Below are positions 23,934-36,400 of a DNA stretch of 64,000 nucleotides, piece after piece. Every line of letters begins with the position of its first letter. The stretch's first letter is position 1. The stretch is from contig NW_003314314.1 of assembly GCF_000143415.4 (NCBI RefSeq), forward strand, positions 687,771 to 751,770, written 5' to 3'. The stretch comes from Selaginella moellendorffii. Its lineage: Eukaryota > Plantae > Lycopodiophyta. Position numbers and translations under genes: made by a program. Below the pieces are notes generated by a model. That model saw nothing but the letters and a program-made list of their open reading frames with translations. It searched no databases and had not been told where the DNA came from.

Positions 23934-24604
23934 CTAACACACTGCTCCTTTGCAAATGGCAACATCTGGTGATGGAGGAGAGATCACCTCTCTTGTCACG
24001 TCAGCATTACTCTGGTACTCCTCCATGATCTTTATCACGAGGCTCTCTGAAAATCCGCCACCCAAAAAGACATGCTTGATCATCGTGTCATGAGAGGCAA
24101 CCTTCTCCACCTCGGTGTCAAGGGTGGATCTCCTCATAATACTTCTCACCATGACCCTCTATGCATCCCAGCTGCCCATCAAATAGCTTCCATAGAAGCT
24201 CAAACAGTTTGACACCAGTTCCATTGAAACTACTCTTTCCAAGCGATCCCAGCCACCATCTGATGATGTTCTCTAGACACCCAATCTTTCTGATCAGTAA
24301 GTCGAGAAATTTCTTGTCAACATAAGTTCCTCCTCCCAGTCCCCCAGAACTGGCACCTTCATGTTTGGCACCTCTCATTCGTGCATCACTCTCATCCGGA
24401 TGGTGTGCGACGCTTCCACAACTGGCCAGATGGGAGTAGAAAACTAGTCCCAAAATCCAAGCCCACTATCACCTTTGCTTGAAGAACGAGAGCTGGAAAC
24501 CATAGCTGTGCCACTACCACCACCCAAGACCGCCTAGAGCTTGTTTGACACCAATACGAGCCGAATCTCATTAATAAGCGAAATAACAGTCTGAAGGTCT
24601 TCAT
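23934..24604 (-). pseudogene. HSP70-family (HSPA12-like) pseudogene fragments
   Basis: VIVGLDFGTS, GGLGGGTYVDKKF, VFLGGGFSES and SPDVAICKGAV occur in three frames with large deletions. Confidence 0.7.
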
Positions 24605-24717
24605 GATCTTCTTTTGTTAATAGAGAAAACTCTGGCAATATTTTCTTTGTGTTCAGCCATCATGATCTTCTTTTGTTAATAGAGAAAACTCTGGCAATAT
24701 TTTCTTTGTGTTCAGCG
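24601..24717. repeat. Tandem duplication of ~58 bp
   Basis: TCATGATCTTCTTTTGTTAATAGAG...GTTCAGC occurs twice. Confidence 0.9.
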
Positions 24718-25021
24718 TTTATTGCTACCATCTCTGAGATCAACGCAGTCGAGATTCTAGGGCTGGAAATATCAAAAGTACCAACAAAGATCTTTGTCAA
24801 GAGGTAAGCAAATCGGCTTGATGTTGGGAGCTACACAGCTTTTCCCAACTCCGTCTCAAAGATGTTCTTCACTAAGCTTGATCTTGTAATAGTCCTCGTC
24901 GTCCTGCATCGATTCTTCCACAGCTTCAAACACCTTGAAACCATCTTAGGAACAAATTACCGTGGTTTGGAAATTATAAAAGAGGAAAAACAGGACTTTC
25001 GAGTTTACCTCCACGTAAAAA

Positions 25022-25689
25022 TCACGTTATTTTGAGGAAGGGAGTCCATCTCCCTTGAATGCTCTTTCTTGTGGAGATCTCTCTCGTTCTCCTCTTGATC
25101 GGTCTCCGCCCAACCAGGTTGCGCAGCCTCTTGGCTTGAACCAGGCAATCCTCGGCGCTTAAGTTCCTGAGACCAATCGTCCTCTCCCTTTTGTTCACTG
25201 CTCGAAACAGAGAAAACCGAAATGAGAAACGCAGAGATGCAAAGAAAGCAATGTAGGCAAAGATGAAAGAGGAGATGAGAACACATGAGAAACACAAAGA
25301 AAAATATAAGAGAACAGAAAAAGATAAGCCAAAAGAGTGGATGCACGTAAACACAGACAAGCTGAGAACACACCCGGAAGAACATGAAGAACACAACAAG
25401 AATATAAAAGAGGAGTAAAAACCACTTGTAGAGCTCTAAAACACTCACGAAAGAATGCCTCGAGATAAGGATCCTGGTGAGGGCGCCACTTCGCCTCGAT
25501 TTCGATCTGTGGATTCGCCTTGGCGAAGCGCGGCAGGAGCGTCTCCACGAAATCCCTAGAGAAAACGAATGTAGGCGCTTGCAACCGCGGTCATCGTCAT
25601 CGTCAGTACCTCGCGCCTCGCGAGCCGCCGGATCGCTTGCAGTAGTGGACCAGGAGCTTCTTGAGCTGCCAGACGCCGCGCAGCGCCAT
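25022..25689 (-). CDS. MRPL43: Mitochondrial ribosomal protein mL43 (yeast MRPL51-like), 3 exons
   Basis: Exons 25689-25610, 25555-25449 and 25197-25022 give MALRGVWQLKKLLVHYC..GSRGARDFVE..HQDPYLEAFFLNKRERTIGLRNL..GRWT. Confidence 0.9.
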
Positions 25690-25798
25690 TGCCCCTCGCT
25701 TAAACCCTAGAAAATCTTCCAACTAGGGCTTATGCATTCTCTCAATAACTATATGAATGCTTCATGATTTTATTGGTGCTTTGAGACTCCTACATTGT

Positions 25799-26224
25799 CT
25801 ATGGAAAAGACTTTTTCTTGTCTTGATCCATGGACTTCTTGTCCTCCTCCCCCTTGTGATCACCATCCATAGTTTTATCATCCTGCTCCTTCTCATCTTT
25901 GTGTTCGTGATCCATGGATTTCTTGTCATCCTCCTCCTCCTCGTGATCACCATCCATAGACTTGTTCTTGCAGAAAATATTGATATTAATGTTGATGTTG
26001 TTGTTGTTGTTGTTGCTCTTCCTCTTGTGCTTGATTTGGCCATCACCACTTTGCTCCCAATCATCCATCTCTGAAGGATTCACAAGTGAAGAATTAGACG
26101 CTGGCTCCACAGCTGCTGAAACCCCATAGACCTCAACTTCATCTAAACTACTTGAAGAAGAAGAAGAAAATGCAATCTGGAAAGTAACCACTGCAAACAC
26201 TACGAACACTAAAGCAGCCTTCAT
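25799..26224 (-). CDS. Small secreted acidic repeat protein of unknown family
   Basis: Hydrophobic signal peptide MKAALVFVVFAVVTF, a poly-N tract and four (K/T)MD(G/H/Q)D-type repeats. TATATATA lies ~70 bp upstream. Confidence 0.6.
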   Translation of the reverse strand: MKAALVFVVFAVVTFQIAFSSSSSSSLDEVEVYGVSAAVEPASNSSLVNPSEMDDWEQSGDGQIKHKRKSNNNNNNINININIFCKNKSMDGDHEEEEDDKKSMDHEHKDEKEQDDKTMDGDHKGEEDKKSMDQDKKKSFP

Positions 26225-26597
26225 GGTGAGAGTAATCACAGCGAGCTTGATTGAGCCTATTGGATTGGTGATTAATTGCTGGAGGCTTGAGACCCTATAT
26301 ATACCTAAACTATGCATGCTAGCAATTGCCAAGTGGTCCTTTTCTCCATGCAATGCATATTATGTTTCTACCATGGCAAAACTTTGTCTATAATCTTGCT
26401 GTGATGGCCATTGTTTTTTTTTTTTTATCAAATCCAACTGCTATCAACATGGAGTCTCAGTGGCGGGTACCCCTGAAGCACCGCAGCAAAGCTGAGAGTT
26501 TGGAAGACTCTTTCCGCGTGAGAAAAGTTCGAGCAGCGCTCCCACAACTAAGAAAAGTCCTCGCTTATTCTTCGTTTGTTCTGCAAGGCTCTTCGTT

Positions 26598-27509
26598 TTA
26601 GCTGAATTGCCGGCCCGAGTAGGACTGTCCAAACTGCCAGTTGCGAGGAAAAACATCGTACGAGATGAGAGATCCTCCCATGCTGGGTGTGAGCAGAAAG
26701 GAGAGGGACTGGCCGACTAGAACTCCATGGTATTCCCAATTCGATCCCCAGTTCCTCTTCATTGGGAGCCAGCCGGTGTTGGAGCCTTTGATCGACACGG
26801 CTCTCAAATCCCCCCATCCGGCAACGTTTTTTATGAGAACCAAGTTGAAGTTTGGGTTACCGTTCATGGTGAAGATGATCCCACCTTGCTTGTAGCACTT
26901 GACCCTGATAGACCATCACCACATCATCAATTCCGTCATCAAAATCAAAGTCCTGGAGAAAAAACAAACAGGGAAAAGGAAGCTTTTGCGTGTACCTTCT
27001 GTACTGAACTGGGACGATCCCTCCTTGGTAAATGGCCATTTGCTCCCAGACTGGCTGGGAGAGATCGAAGTGCTCCCTGGGTGTGTTGCACCAGCCTCCA
27101 TTGTCGCTTGAGAGGGCGTTGTTCGGGGGGCAAAAGTTCGTGGCGGTGACGGTGACCGACTTTCCGGGACGACACCATCTCGAGTTGACGCACTGCATCT
27201 GGAAGCAAGCTCCGCAGGTAGCTCCCCCATTGAACAAGGCGGTGCTCAACGCCGCGGTGTTGACTCCATAGCCAGCACTAAGCACGTTTCCATAGCCGCA
27301 AGCACCACCTTCAAGAAACAAAAGACCACTTTTGTCAGCAAAAACTAATCGCAAAAGGAACTTCACTTCGCCATACCCATTGTTCCCGAGGCATCGCTGC
27401 CCCCGTAGAATGTAGCATGAGCATTGCTCCATTGTTGCGCAGCTGCGAGATTGAGAGCCACGAACAATAGCAGCGCAGCCGGAAGAAAAACTGCCGAAAA
27501 GAAGTCCAT
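26598..27509 (-). CDS. EXPA: Alpha-expansin, 3 exons
   Basis: Exons 27509-27377, 27308-26996 and 26904-26598. Signal peptide, [34 protein letters not shown] motif and W-rich C-terminal domain. Confidence 0.97.
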
Positions 27510-28341
27510 CTTCCTTCCTTTGCTGCTACTGCTGCCACTGCCTCCGGATAAGAGGATCTCTGAGAGCTGCGAGCTTCCACCCTCCTTAAATACTCCGATT
27601 CTTCCAGAAGCCATTTTCGTGACTTCCATCTCAGCTCTTGGCGCCGCCGCCGCCGCCCCGGCACGTTCCGTACTATTTATCTATCTGATATCGTCACAAC
27701 GACCATCCACCTCCATTACCGGCTTCAACTTCTCAACTTCTCGTGGGATCGTGCGCATCGAGCACGCAAAATCTCCTTTTTTCTTCGTCCATTTTTCCCA
27801 TCCCCTGGAGCTCTGACTGTGAGATGATTTCCCAGCTCTTCGAGTCTTGCGACTGGAGAGAAAACTAATATCCACTTGCCACATGAGTGCAGTTGACGCG
27901 CGAGCTGCGACTGTGACATGTTTTGCACCTCCTCTTTGCTGTCGTAATTAAATCCCAGATAACTTGTCGTGCACAGGCCTCAGCCCCCACCACTCGGTAC
28001 GTACTCGATTGTCTCTTTGGATACGAATCGGTGCTCACCGCTTAAAGAAAGCGAATTCCCCGACTTAAGAAAATCGCCACCTCGAGACTTTTACGCACGA
28101 TCCCAAAGACCAATCATAAGTCCTCACTCATTGAAGCCTGCAGCAGCCTGGAAGCACCTCCTGGATTCTCTTCCAACTTGAAGCGAATCCCCTGTGAAAA
28201 GGATGGCGAATCTCCTCAAGCTCTACAGACCAGATCCGTAAAACTTTCTGACTGGAGATGAAAGCTGTTCCCTGGACTTTTGCTGCCTGTCGAGTGACGC
28301 TCAAACCACCTAGTAAACTGAACTGAAACTTGCATGCCAAA

Positions 28342-29697
28342 CTACTCCAGCTCCGCTACGATCCTCTTCTTTCTCGCTGCCTCACGAGGCATACTCCCGG
28401 GAGCACTGTGTGCTCTCTTCCTGCTCTCCTTCTTTCTGGCCGCCTCGGTCATTTCCTGCCTCAACTTCTTCGCCTTAAAAACCGCCTTAGGAAGCTGCCT
28501 GTGCCTGTCAATCCTCTTGACTTCGTCCAAATGTTTGTACCGCTGCTTCACGGCGTCAAGGTATTCGTGCTTGGCCCTTTCTCTCGGAAGTAGCACGCCG
28601 AGCTGCTCCGATGCTTTGGCCTTCCACAGACGGATGTTGGTGTCATCGCTGCCGGACATCACGTACGTCGCGTCCCCACTGAACCTGACGCTGAAAACAC
28701 GTTGCATGCGCTTCGTGTGGTAAATCTCCCTGCTGTGGCCACCATTGTAGGAGAAAATCCTCACCGTCCTGTCGTAAGACCCCGTCACAAACTCCCTCCC
28801 AGTCGGGGAGAAATCCACGTCCATCACCGCCGAGACGTGATCCTTGTGGATACACTTCGCAAACTTGAGCTTCCTCATGTCGTAAGTGTAGCAGTTGCAG
28901 TCCTCGTTGGCGGCCGTGAAGTTGAAAGGCTCGCGAGGATTCCAAGCAACCGCGTTCGTTCTAGTCTGCATGACAAGCTTCCGCAGTGGAGTGTTCATCC
29001 TCAAGTCGTAGAGGCAGATGCTTCGATCACTCCCCGTGGTGACGAACACGTCCGGCTCGGCCGGATCAAACTTCACCGATACCACTGTCTCGGATCCCCA
29101 GGAAAAGCTCGTCATTGCTTCGGACCTGTTATAGTCCCACACCGAAACGTTGGCTCCAGCAGTAGCAAAGACTTTCTTCTCCCACTGGTGATCCACTGCT
29201 CGGAAAGAGTTCTTGTCCTGGAAAACCATCACAGGTTCGCAGTGCTTCACGCCACCCGAGACCTCTCCAATCTCCGCCGCTGGAAGCTCCCAGAGCCGAG
29301 CAGTGCAATCGTCTCCACAGGTAACCAGGAAATCTCCATCGCTGGAAATGGAGACCCCTCTCACGGCCCCATTGTGGCCTGGAAACTCTGCCACGGTCTT
29401 GCGATAGGCGAGATCCCAGAGGCGGACATCTCCATCCATGGCGCCCGAGACGAGGCAATTGAGGCGGCTGGGATTCTTGGCCATGCACGAGACGCCGTCC
29501 CTGTGATCCGAGAGCGCGCCGATGAAGGGCTTGGCGAAGATCTTGTCGAGCTTGACGGCATTGAGCGCGCGCGTGTACTCCTGGGCGCGCTCCATCGGGT
29601 GGAGGCGGGGATCGAGGTTGCGGAATACCTTGGTGACATCCTGGGATCGCTCGCGAGTGAACGCCTCCTCCGATCGAGAGATCACTCTCACCTTCAT
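28342..29697 (-). CDS. DCAF13: DDB1- and CUL4-associated factor 13 / Sof1 (WD40, SSU processome), intronless
   Basis: MKVRVISRSEE..RALNAVKLDKIFAKPF, WD40 repeats, HSREIYHTKRMQRVF and the Sof1 C-terminal domain. Confidence 0.96.
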   Translation of the reverse strand: MKVRVISRSEEAFTRERSQDVTKVFRNLDPRLHPMERAQEYTRALNAVKLDKIFAKPFIGALSDHRDGVSCMAKNPSRLNCLVSGAMDGDVRLWDLAYRKTVAEFPGHNGAVRGVSISSDGDFLVTCGDDCTARLWELPAAEIGEVSGGVKHCEPVMVFQDKNSFRAVDHQWEKKVFATAGANVSVWDYNRSEAMTSFSWGSETVVSVKFDPAEPDVFVTTGSDRSICLYDLRMNTPLRKLVMQTRTNAVAWNPREPFNFTAANEDCNCYTYDMRKLKFAKCIHKDHVSAVMDVDFSPTGREFVTGSYDRTVRIFSYNGGHSREIYHTKRMQRVFSVRFSGDATYVMSGSDDTNIRLWKAKASEQLGVLLPRERAKHEYLDAVKQRYKHLDEVKRIDRHRQLPKAVFKAKKLRQEMTEAARKKESRKRAHSAPGSMPREAARKKRIVAELE

Positions 29698-29835
29698 CGT
29701 CGCCCAAACCCTGGAAAAACCCTAAGGCGCTAGACCTAAAAGGAATATTTCTTTTGCCCCCTTTCTCCCTTTCAAAGTTTAGGGCTCTTGTTCCTTTTTA
29801 CCCCTTTTCAAACTTTTAGGGTTCTTGGGTATTCT

Positions 29836-31524
29836 ATGATCGAGGGGAGAAATCAAACACTCCGGGCGATTCAATCGTGCACCAAGCTCTCCGCGGCGTC
29901 GACGCTCCACTCCCGCATTCGCGACCTCGTCCGCGACGACGATGTCTTCCTTCTCAACAAGCTGATCGAGATGTATGGGCGATGCGGCAGCTCCAGCGAC
30001 GCGCGCCGGGTCTTCGACGCCCTCCACGGCTCCAGAAATCTCGATCTCTTCTCATGGAATCTCATGATTGTGGCCTACATCCGCAATGGCGGGATCAATC
30101 GAGCGAGGGAGCTCTGGGACGCAATGCCGGTGAGGAGCTCGGTGGCTTGCACGGTGATGATCGTTTCGTATGGGCAGAGTGGAGATCTTCACAAGGCGGA
30201 GGAGATTTTCACTCTCGCGATCGAGAAGGATGTTCTTTGCTGGACCGCGATGCTGGAAGCATATGCCCAGAATGGGCATCTGGAGGAATCGACAAGGGTG
30301 TTTGATTCTATGCCTTTTTGGGACACTGTTTCGTGCACCGCTATTCTGGTTGCATACTCGGAGCTTGCTAGTCTTGGAGAATCGAAAAGGATATTTTCTA
30401 TGATCAAAGAGAAGAACGTTGTCTCGTGGACAGCGATGATCACAGCATTTGCCCGGAATGGGGAGTTTGCGTCATCAAAAGAGGTATTTGATCGAATGCC
30501 TTTGCACAACTTGGTTTCTTGGAACTCACTCTTGACTTCTTTTGCACAAAACAGGAACTGCGAGGAGGTGGAAAACTTCTTCTCTTCGATTCCCGAGTGG
30601 GACATGGTGTCTTGGAACGTCCTCGCTGCTGCGTTTGCGAAGGAAGGGCGATTGGACGAAGCTATGGAGGTTTTCCATCGCATGCCCGAGCAGGACTTGG
30701 CTTCCTGGAGCTTGATGATCACTTGCAGCATCGAAAAGGGCCGGTTTGATCAAGCGAGAGCGCTCTACTGGTCGATGCCCGAGCAAGATCTGGTGCTCGT
30801 CACCACGCTCATCAGTGCTTTCTCTCAGCAAGGCCACCTCGAGGAAGCAAAGTTTATGTTTGATACGCTTCCACAGAAGAACCTCGTGGCCTGGAACTCC
30901 ATCCTGGGAGCTTACGTTCGTCACGGCCTGGTGGAAGAATCAAAGGAGCTCTTTGATGCCATGCCGGAGCGAGACTCCTTCTCCTGGACTTCGATCCTCG
31001 CGGCTTACTTCCAAGCAGGAGATCTCGTCACTGCCAGAAGAATGTTCGAGGCAATGCTGGATCGAAACTCGGTGTCCTGGACGGCGATGCTTGCGGCCTA
31101 CGCTCAAAACGGACTTCCCGACGAGGCATTCGAGATATTCCACTCGATGAAGCTCGCTCACGCCTTGGACGATGTTTGTTTCGTCTCGGTGCTCGTTGCG
31201 AGCAGCCACGCAGGGAAAGTCTACGATGCGAGGCAGTGGTTTCTCTCGATGATCATGGACTATGGGATCGAGCCTTCCAAGCACCATTTTTCGTGCATGG
31301 TGGACATACTTGCTCGAGCCGGGCACTTGGTGGAGGCGACAGAGCTCATCGCGGACATGCCGTTTGTGCCGGATGGTGTCGAGTGGAAGTCCTTGCTGGG
31401 AGCTTGTAGAGGCCGGAACGATGTCAGGCACGGGAAGAAAGCCGTGACGAGCGTTTTGAGTTCCGGAGACATGGGAGACTCGGCTGTGTACGTGCTTCTG
31501 TCAAACATGCAAGCTTTCGCGTGA
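29836..31524 (+). CDS. PLS-class pentatricopeptide repeat protein with E-type C-terminus, no DYW
   Basis: Tandem VSWT/NAM(I/L)..Y/FAQNG repeats, then HFSCMVDILARAG, WKSLLGAC and YVLLSN. Confidence 0.95.
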   Translation: MIEGRNQTLRAIQSCTKLSAASTLHSRIRDLVRDDDVFLLNKLIEMYGRCGSSSDARRVFDALHGSRNLDLFSWNLMIVAYIRNGGINRARELWDAMPVRSSVACTVMIVSYGQSGDLHKAEEIFTLAIEKDVLCWTAMLEAYAQNGHLEESTRVFDSMPFWDTVSCTAILVAYSELASLGESKRIFSMIKEKNVVSWTAMITAFARNGEFASSKEVFDRMPLHNLVSWNSLLTSFAQNRNCEEVENFFSSIPEWDMVSWNVLAAAFAKEGRLDEAMEVFHRMPEQDLASWSLMITCSIEKGRFDQARALYWSMPEQDLVLVTTLISAFSQQGHLEEAKFMFDTLPQKNLVAWNSILGAYVRHGLVEESKELFDAMPERDSFSWTSILAAYFQAGDLVTARRMFEAMLDRNSVSWTAMLAAYAQNGLPDEAFEIFHSMKLAHALDDVCFVSVLVASSHAGKVYDARQWFLSMIMDYGIEPSKHHFSCMVDILARAGHLVEATELIADMPFVPDGVEWKSLLGACRGRNDVRHGKKAVTSVLSSGDMGDSAVYVLLSNMQAFA

Positions 31525-33239
31525 TTGAGAACGATTAATATCGACTCAGAGGTAAGGTTTGGATTTTGTTTTGTTGAAAATCGTTTTGACCGTAATGTTG
31601 AGCAGCAGCAAGATGGAAGACACTCTGCAAAAGACAAAACTACACGAGTTAGAGGTAACCTTTCTTTCCTAGAGAGAAGCGAGTAACACGATTGAGAGCA
31701 GTGTAAGGCGGAGCCAAAGCCGCAATCGCGGCTATGTCCAAGCAAGCAAGAATCCGGTAGTGGCACCTCTGAGGCCACCAGAACTCGTCCACACTAGGCG
31801 ATCCTCCACTTCGAGCTGCAAGCTCAGAAGGTTTGGATGTGGCAAACAAGGTGGTGGAATTTTGTTTTATCCAAAGACGCATTGCGGTTTGAGATACACT
31901 GGGAATTGGAATCGCTTATGGTTTTCCAATTTAGGTAGCTTCTTATCCCCTCTTCTCACACTGCAAGTGTGGATAAAAAGAGGCAGTATGGTCCTTTGAC
32001 CTATAGAGCATTCGTTTGGTTTTGAGAGGTGGGTGCTCAATGTCTACGTTATGTGCCTTATGTGCCATAACCACTCTTTTAGTTGGCAGTGATTAAGTTC
32101 TTTTACCCTCCATAAACCAACAACTCATGGATGATGGAGAAAGTTGTTAACATTTGCAAGGAGTTAAACTGTTCTTTTGCCGGGTTGTAAGTTTAACAAT
32201 TTAGAAAGTATGAAGATTCTATGTAACCAAACTCTTTCCATGACAAGGTGAATTGTTTTTTTTTTTTTTAGCATTATGTTCATTTTAAATTCAATTATTT
32301 TTTTAGGCTCTTACACTCAAAATATAGAGTAACATCTTGTCTCCAAAGGCTATGTAGAAGCAATCATGAAAAACACTACTGATGGCAAGGCAAAATGAAA
32401 AATTAGTGATTTAGATGTTTTCAATCTTGCTACTATTAATGCATGACAGCCAAATATTGCTAAATTCTTTCTAACAATAGATGATTGATTGGTTCTTCAA
32501 AACATTTTAAAAAGAATATAGTAAGACAGAATGCATTCTTAATGTTGTGATATAAATAGTTTTTATGTGTGTATTTCTAGGGATTGAAATAATGTCATGA
32601 TTATGTTGGGGATATCATTTTCTAACATATAAGTATCACAAAATGCTTGTGAGCTTAAAGCCATTTCTACAAGATAAGTTAGAAGTGAATTAGTTTGCTA
32701 AGTTGGAAACTTAACAAATTGTGATCTATCTTGGGAAGGAAGTTAAGATTAAAAGTATTTTTTATCATAAATCATGCATTTGAGTTAACCATGAAGGCTT
32801 TGCAAATCTAATATACTTGAAGTGTGCTTCAATTCCTATGGAAAATGATTTTATAATATAAGTTACTTACTAAGTGAAGTTTGATAATAAAGGTGGTGTT
32901 ATTAGAAGTTTAAGAGTGCTTGCATCTACTAGTCATCAACTGAATATTTGTAGCATATGTGATTATAAGATGAAATTTGTATATACTGTCACTTGGAACC
33001 TTAGGGGATAAATAAAGATAAAATAATTATTAAGGGTTTTCTCATTAAGCAATTACCTTTTTTTCAATTGGTTTAAAGGGAGAAATATAAAGCATGTTAC
33101 ATACGGTATAGGAGTAAATGGCATGAGTTCAATTCTCATGGCTATTTAAAAAATAAATCTAGTCAATAGTCAATAAGGATATAAGTGTAGCATATATGTG
33201 GATGAAGGTATAAATGAGGATATAATAGCCATTAAGAAG

Positions 33240-33490
33240 TCTTTCATCAAGAAATTGCCCCTTTTCTAGTTGGCTTAAGAAAAAAAAGATAGGGTGCACT
33301 ATAATACTTTATCATTGTTTATTTTCTAGTTGATTTAAGGGGAGAGAGACAGAGTGCGTTACAATACTTATTATTGTTTCTTTTCTAGTTGATTTAAGGG
33401 GAGAGAGATAGAGTGCACTACAATACTTTATTATTGAATTACCCACTTTCCAATTGGTTTAAAGGGAGAGAAATAGGGTGCATTATAAAA
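33240..33490. repeat. ~57-bp tandem repeat (~4 units) from an LTR-like end
   Basis: TTTTCTAGTTGATTTAAGGGGAGAGAGA..ACAATACTT repeated. Related to 32995-33100 and, inverted, to 37750-37860. Confidence 0.7.
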
Positions 33491-33871
33491 AAAACAACAA
33501 AAACACTAAAAGTTATGAATATAATAAGTGACGAAGTAGATGTTTTAGAAGAGGTGGAAAGTAATATTATTTCTAATGATGAAAAACTAATAGCATCATT
33601 GGAACTATAACATATTTTTGATAGTATGGTTGATAAAGAAAAAACATTGCCTCAACCTTAAATGCCATAGTAAAAAAACATTCAAGCCATTTATGGAAGT
33701 TGATTCCAAAAAAATTGTTAAAAACACTCTTGTTATGCATTTGAATAAGAATTCCTTTTTTATTCAAAAATAGATTGGCATAATGAGTTTATGATACATA
33801 ATCACAATTGCAAACTAAAACAATAGTAAGTCTTGGATATGGAGTTCTTTAAAACAACATGGTATATTGGC

Positions 33872-36400
33872 CATAGTTACGAACACGAACACGGAACACG
33901 AACACGAGCCTCAGATTTCAGGAACCCGAACACGGAACACGATCACGGCCCACGATGGCTCACGAATATTCTACTGAATATTCTAAGAATATGTTATTTA
34001 AAAATTATATTCTATTTCTTATTATATTATTATAGGAATATGCTATATTTTATTATATTATTCTTAATATTTTTATTTGCACATAAACTACTTCACACTT
34101 TTAAACTACTCAAATATCCTACATCTCATCGTCATCTTCAACCTCATGATCTTCGACCTCACAATCTTCGACATCATCTCCATCTTCCTCTTCCTGTCCT
34201 GACTCAAGCTCGTCTTCAGGATGAGGAACTGTCTCCAGGACTTTGTAGCTTACAAACTTGTCGTAATCACGATCATTTTTGCAGGTTAACAACCTGGTGT
34301 TGCAAGCCACAAAAACCAGATCCGCTGTCCTGTCCATGGTAAGTCTGTTCCTCTTTTTTGAAGAAACATGCTCGAAAGTACTGAACAATCTCTCCACCGA
34401 GGACAACGAGCATGCCTGACTTAGAACTTGAATGGCCAACTTCTGAAGAGCTGGAGTTTCATAACCATAATCCTCCCACCAACGTACAGCTCCCCTCTTA
34501 GTGCGATCAGCCTTAGCATCATATGAGTTGAAAATGCCTCCTATCCTCCGGTAAGTTAAAAGCTCATCACGTATCACATCCCTCTCACTGGATGTAAACA
34601 TGGCCAGCAGATAAGCATTCCAGTCCTTCATGACCTCTCTGTTAGCATGCTTTTCATACTCCTGAAACTCGGGGTCCAACATGTACGCCACCGAGTGCAT
34701 GAGCGAGTGATACTCATGCCACCTATTAGACATGATCTGATGAAGTTCCCTGTACCTGCCATAATCCGACTGTCCTTCCTCTAAACTTGCATCCAACCTG
34801 TTCATGCACTCATATATCTTTCCAATCGCAGGTATATCACCGTCCACAACACGAAGAAGCAGCATAACATCCTTGGACACCTCTAGCATGTCCTTAACCT
34901 GTTGCTAGAAACTGTCATCAAAAACCGTTGCATAACTGTCCCTTCCTGCTCTCGACTTCGACTTAGGCCTTGCTCTGTACGCAGGGCATACGAACATCTG
35001 TTGTAAAGCTTCTCGGAGCTCCACCAGCCTCTCCATCATAATGAAGTTGTAGCCGAACCTGGTATCACAATAACGCAGCAATCGCTTGTGAGTAAACTCC
35101 GCCAGCAGTGCCACTATATGAGAGTGGTTTCTAACGAAGATCACCAAAGACTTTCCACGCTCCAGAAGTGTTGCCATCCATGGAAGTACACCGAAGTCTT
35201 TCAAGGCATTGTTCAAGCAATGGGCAAAACATTGAATTTTCGGGTACCTCTGTTGCAAAAGTGCTGCTGCTGCTCTGTTTGCATTTTCCCCATCGGTCAC
35301 AACCATGACAACGTTCTCTGCACCTACAATGTTAATGCCTTCTTCCCAGCAACGCAGAGTATTTTCAGCTGTTTTTCCTGTTAAGGAAATGTCGATAGCC
35401 TTCAAAAAAGCTCCTCGTCCTTGACTATATGCCACAAGCCCCATGATATGCCGATTCCTCCTATCTGCCCACCCGTCTGCGCATATGGTTGCACCCCTCT
35501 GCTCCCACTGCTTCCTCAAGGACGCCATCTCAATGTCAATGAATCGTTTCTCTTTCACCAAAAGCTTATCCCGGAGATCATCATATTTTGGTGGTGCATA
35601 AGGCACACCATGCCTGGCAACTTCCTGTATCATATTGAGGAAGTAAGGTGACCGAGCCTTGACAAATGGAATGTGTTCATTCCAGAAAAATCTTTTGATA
35701 GCCACATCAACTCGGTTCTTCCGCTCAGGATCCATCGAATCAACAATATGGACTTGACTCTGTTTGCTAAAAAACAGGGAACTGCAGCCACTTCCACTTG
35801 ACTGGGATGATACCACCGGTGGAAATCCTTGGACATTGCCATCCATTCTCATAGAAGCACCACCAGATTCATTCGGCCGTTTCTTCCCCCTTGCCCCTTT
35901 CTCGGAATCAATAACCTTTTGCATATTGAGCAGATCCGCTTTCTTGTTACCTGGGATGAGAGGACAACTCACAATATCCTTGCTGCTTGGGCCTTCTCCT
36001 AACAGATGAGCTCGCACACGATCAACACCACTCAGTTTGTTCACCATTGGGCAGTATTTGCATGACCATAATTTGTGGCCATGCCCCCTGCTCTCAAGAA
36101 CACTTACCTCATCCCACCATCGCGAAGAAGGATGCTTTCGCAGTATGCTGGATTGCTGCGCCATGCTTGTTTGCCTTGGATTGCTGCTGCTGTGCCCTGA
36201 AATGGTGCGCCCTGGCTGGATTGTCATGTGATGCCGTGCGCCCTAAAACCAGAATATTCCGCGCGAGAATATTCTGAACAGTGGTCCGTGTTACTAACAC
36301 GGACCACTGTTCACGAACACAGCCGTGGGAACACGACCCATGGCCGTGTTTGTGAAACACGGTGAACACGGCCGGGATCCCGGCCGTGTTCGTAACACGG
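33872..36400 (-). mobile_element. hAT DNA transposon, 2529 bp
   Basis: 8-bp TSD ATATTGGC at 33864-33871 and 36401-36408. Imperfect 16-bp TIRs (CATAGTTACGAACACG / CCGTGTTACGAACACG). Subterminal AACACG(G) repeats. Confidence 0.95.
34119..36227 (-). pseudogene. hAT transposase (BED finger, DUF659-like region, dimerization domain) with one in-frame stop
   Basis: WSCKYC..H, ICADGW, VVTDGE, CFAHCLN, TRF, WW..G, SSVERLFS and KKRNRL. The two ORFs are in one frame, separated by TAG at 34905. Confidence 0.93.
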
